Program-made: the position numbers and the translations under genes
IMG/VR virus record: IMGVR_UViG_3300042887_002068
Coordinates: 1 to 58,216 of that record
DNA length: 58,216 nt
Reading direction: 5' to 3' (one strand)
Source of the DNA: a virus
Lineage: Duplodnaviria; Caudoviricetes
In this document: piece after piece, positions 56,624 through 58,216 of the stretch
Layout: the number at the start of each line of letters is the position of its first letter
Numbering within the stretch: the stretch's first letter is position 1
The notes under the pieces: generated by a model
Database searches by the model: none
What the model was told of the DNA's origin: nothing
What the model saw: the letters and a program-made list of their open reading frames with translations, nothing else

Positions 56624-58216
56624 TTAGTTGGAAGTATTAGCTTCATTCACATTCATTATGTGATTGAACTCTGCTACACTCATACCAAGTTTGTTTGCGA
56701 TGTCTATAGTCTTGGTATTCTTTGCTCCAAGCTTTTCTAATGCCGCTTTCTTTTCTTTTGGCGTCATCATATGAAGCTCACGCTGTATTCTTTTGATTTC
56801 TTCTGGATCAATCGGAGCTTCATCAGTAAGTTTATCCAGAAAATCGGTTTGGCCAACATCTGTTTTCATTCCCGCAGTTATTGAACTTGCTGGCGTAAGT
56901 GGACCACCATTGCGAACATCTCTGTCAAGCCAATCAACTTTATATTCTTCAATGTTTCCAAGTATGGTTGGAAAATCCTTATACAATCTTTCAACGTAGT
57001 TCCATTTTTCAATCACTTCAGCCTTGTTGTTCCAGAATGATATTATTTTTTTTCTATACCATAATCTGCCAGCTAATCCACCGGATTTTACTCTAAATGC
57101 GCCAGGATCATCATCGTCATGAACTTTACCAGATTTGATAAAATCTGCCAATGGACCAGAACTTACAGAATCAAACATAGCTTCAAAATCTGATATTTCA
57201 ATTTCTCGATTAGAAACCATATCATAAAAATCACGCATATCTTCTTCAGTGGCTTTAATATACTCCATATTTTCGTGAGCGTATTGAAGAATTTCCATTA
57301 TATCAGTATGTACTCCACCCTCATTGATTGCTGAAAATTTTGGATAAATAAAAAATGCTATAGCGTCGCCATCCATATATTTCGCAATCTTGAACTCTCC
57401 ATCAACACTAAGCACCGTATCTGGGCTTTCTTTCAACAAATCTTTCAGCTTGATATGTCCTTCAAGTGCTGGCATTGCTGCGGTTGCTTTTGCTGGGTAG
57501 TCAAATCCTTTTGCTGCTTTTTTATCCTGCCTGTTCCAAAAACTTGGACTATAATCTGCCTTATCTTTCTTGAAATGTTTTTGTGCTTTCAATGCCTGTA
57601 TTTCTTCTGGGCTCAATTTTTCTTTGTCGTCGGGAATATTACCGGTCAATTCTTTGTATGTATAAATTCCGCGACTATCAATAAATTCATACAATGCAGT
57701 TTCAAGATTCATGTTATAGTTTTTCATGAAACTATATACTTGATTCATATATGGCATCACCCTGTCTTTTTCATTCCAAAAACTTACTACATTTGCATCT
57801 ACCCAAATTCTACCAGCAAGTTCATTTGATTCATCGTCGTTGCCACCGCCCCGAATATCAAGCTTTTTAAAATATTCTCTATGCTTTTCTAGATACTTGC
57901 GAACATCTTCAAGACTGCTCGCATTTAGACCGTGAAAATAACACTCATATGCTTTGTCTCTTTTTGCTATAAGTCCAGGATCGCCATCCATACGTCTAAA
58001 TTCATAATTACGTTCAAACACATCTTGTTTCCCACGCGAACTATGCCCAGCATATCTAAGAATCAAATCCAGGCTTCCGTGCGTTCCGCGATGCAGATAT
58101 ATTATTATCTTGTCTTTTGGTTCTATAAAGAATGGATATGCGTCAGGATCATCCCACCGAATAGATACCGTTTCTTTGCGTTTTATTCCAAGTTTTTCAA
58201 GTTTTTGAACATCCGA
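56624..58216 (-). CDS. Large protein with a duplicated domain (5'-truncated by window)
   Basis: The frame stays open from 58066 to 58216 (SDVQKLEKLGIKRKETVSIRWDDPDAYPFF...). Two copies of D.DA..FF...G.H...LAGR(I/L)W....SFWN. Confidence 0.8.
   Translation of the reverse strand, partial: SDVQKLEKLGIKRKETVSIRWDDPDAYPFFIEPKDKIIIYLHRGTHGSLDLILRYAGHSSRGKQDVFERNYEFRRMDGDPGLIAKRDKAYECYFHGLNASSLEDVRKYLEKHREYFKKLDIRGGGNDDESNELAGRIWVDANVVSFWNEKDRVMPYMNQVYSFMKNYNMNLETALYEFIDSRGIYTYKELTGNIPDDKEKLSPEEIQALKAQKHFKKDKADYSPSFWNRQDKKAAKGFDYPAKATAAMPALEGHIKLKDLLKESPDTVLSVDGEFKIAKYMDGDAIAFFIYPKFSAINEGGVHTDIMEILQYAHENMEYIKATEEDMRDFYDMVSNREIEISDFEAMFDSVSSGPLADFIKSGKVHDDDDPGAFRVKSGGLAGRLWYRKKIISFWNNKAEVIEKWNYVERLYKDFPTILGNIEEYKVDWLDRDVRNGGPLTPASSITAGMKTDVGQTDFLDKLTDEAPIDPEEIKRIQRELHMMTPKEKKAALEKLGAKNTKTIDIANKLGMSVAEFNHIMNVNEANTSN

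Noticed and set aside
56494-56640. 48-codon plus-strand ORF after a TATTTATA motif
   Set aside because: No SD or recognisable motif, and the element abuts the ATG; cannot be supported, though not excluded.
1-58216. Stop-codon reassignment
   Set aside because: Long genes are intact and tightly packed under the standard code.

Overview
AT-rich, densely coding fragment of a large contractile-tailed (myovirus-type, probably jumbo-class) bacteriophage. Nearly all genes are on the minus strand and use the standard genetic code. From left to right: a giant (>2,424 aa, runs off the window and is missed by the ORF track) Ser/Thr/Ala-rich fibre with an Mtd_N-type N-terminus; a fused Mre11-Rad50 nuclease, primase and RuvC-like resolvase; a tail/baseplate module (FG-GAP + dockerin-like protein, wedge, gp6-like, gp25-like, spike); a gp55-like sigma factor with an AT-hook; peptide deformylase; a DNA methyltransferase; a secreted multi-Ig protein; a candidate structured ncRNA; Hsp20 behind a sigma54 promoter; an HD hydrolase; a four-gene glycosylation operon (GT60-like polypeptide GlcNAc transferase, GT25, carbamoyltransferase, HtrL/GT-A fusion) directly downstream of three mucin-like Pro/Thr-rich proteins; PhoH; small Zn/peptidase genes; and large putative head-packaged proteins. 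The strongest candidate for an undescribed system is a phage-encoded mucin-type O-glycosylation pathway for the virion, supported by a pervasive [S/T]-x-S motif in the structural proteins. All family calls come from motif recognition by eye; no searches were run.
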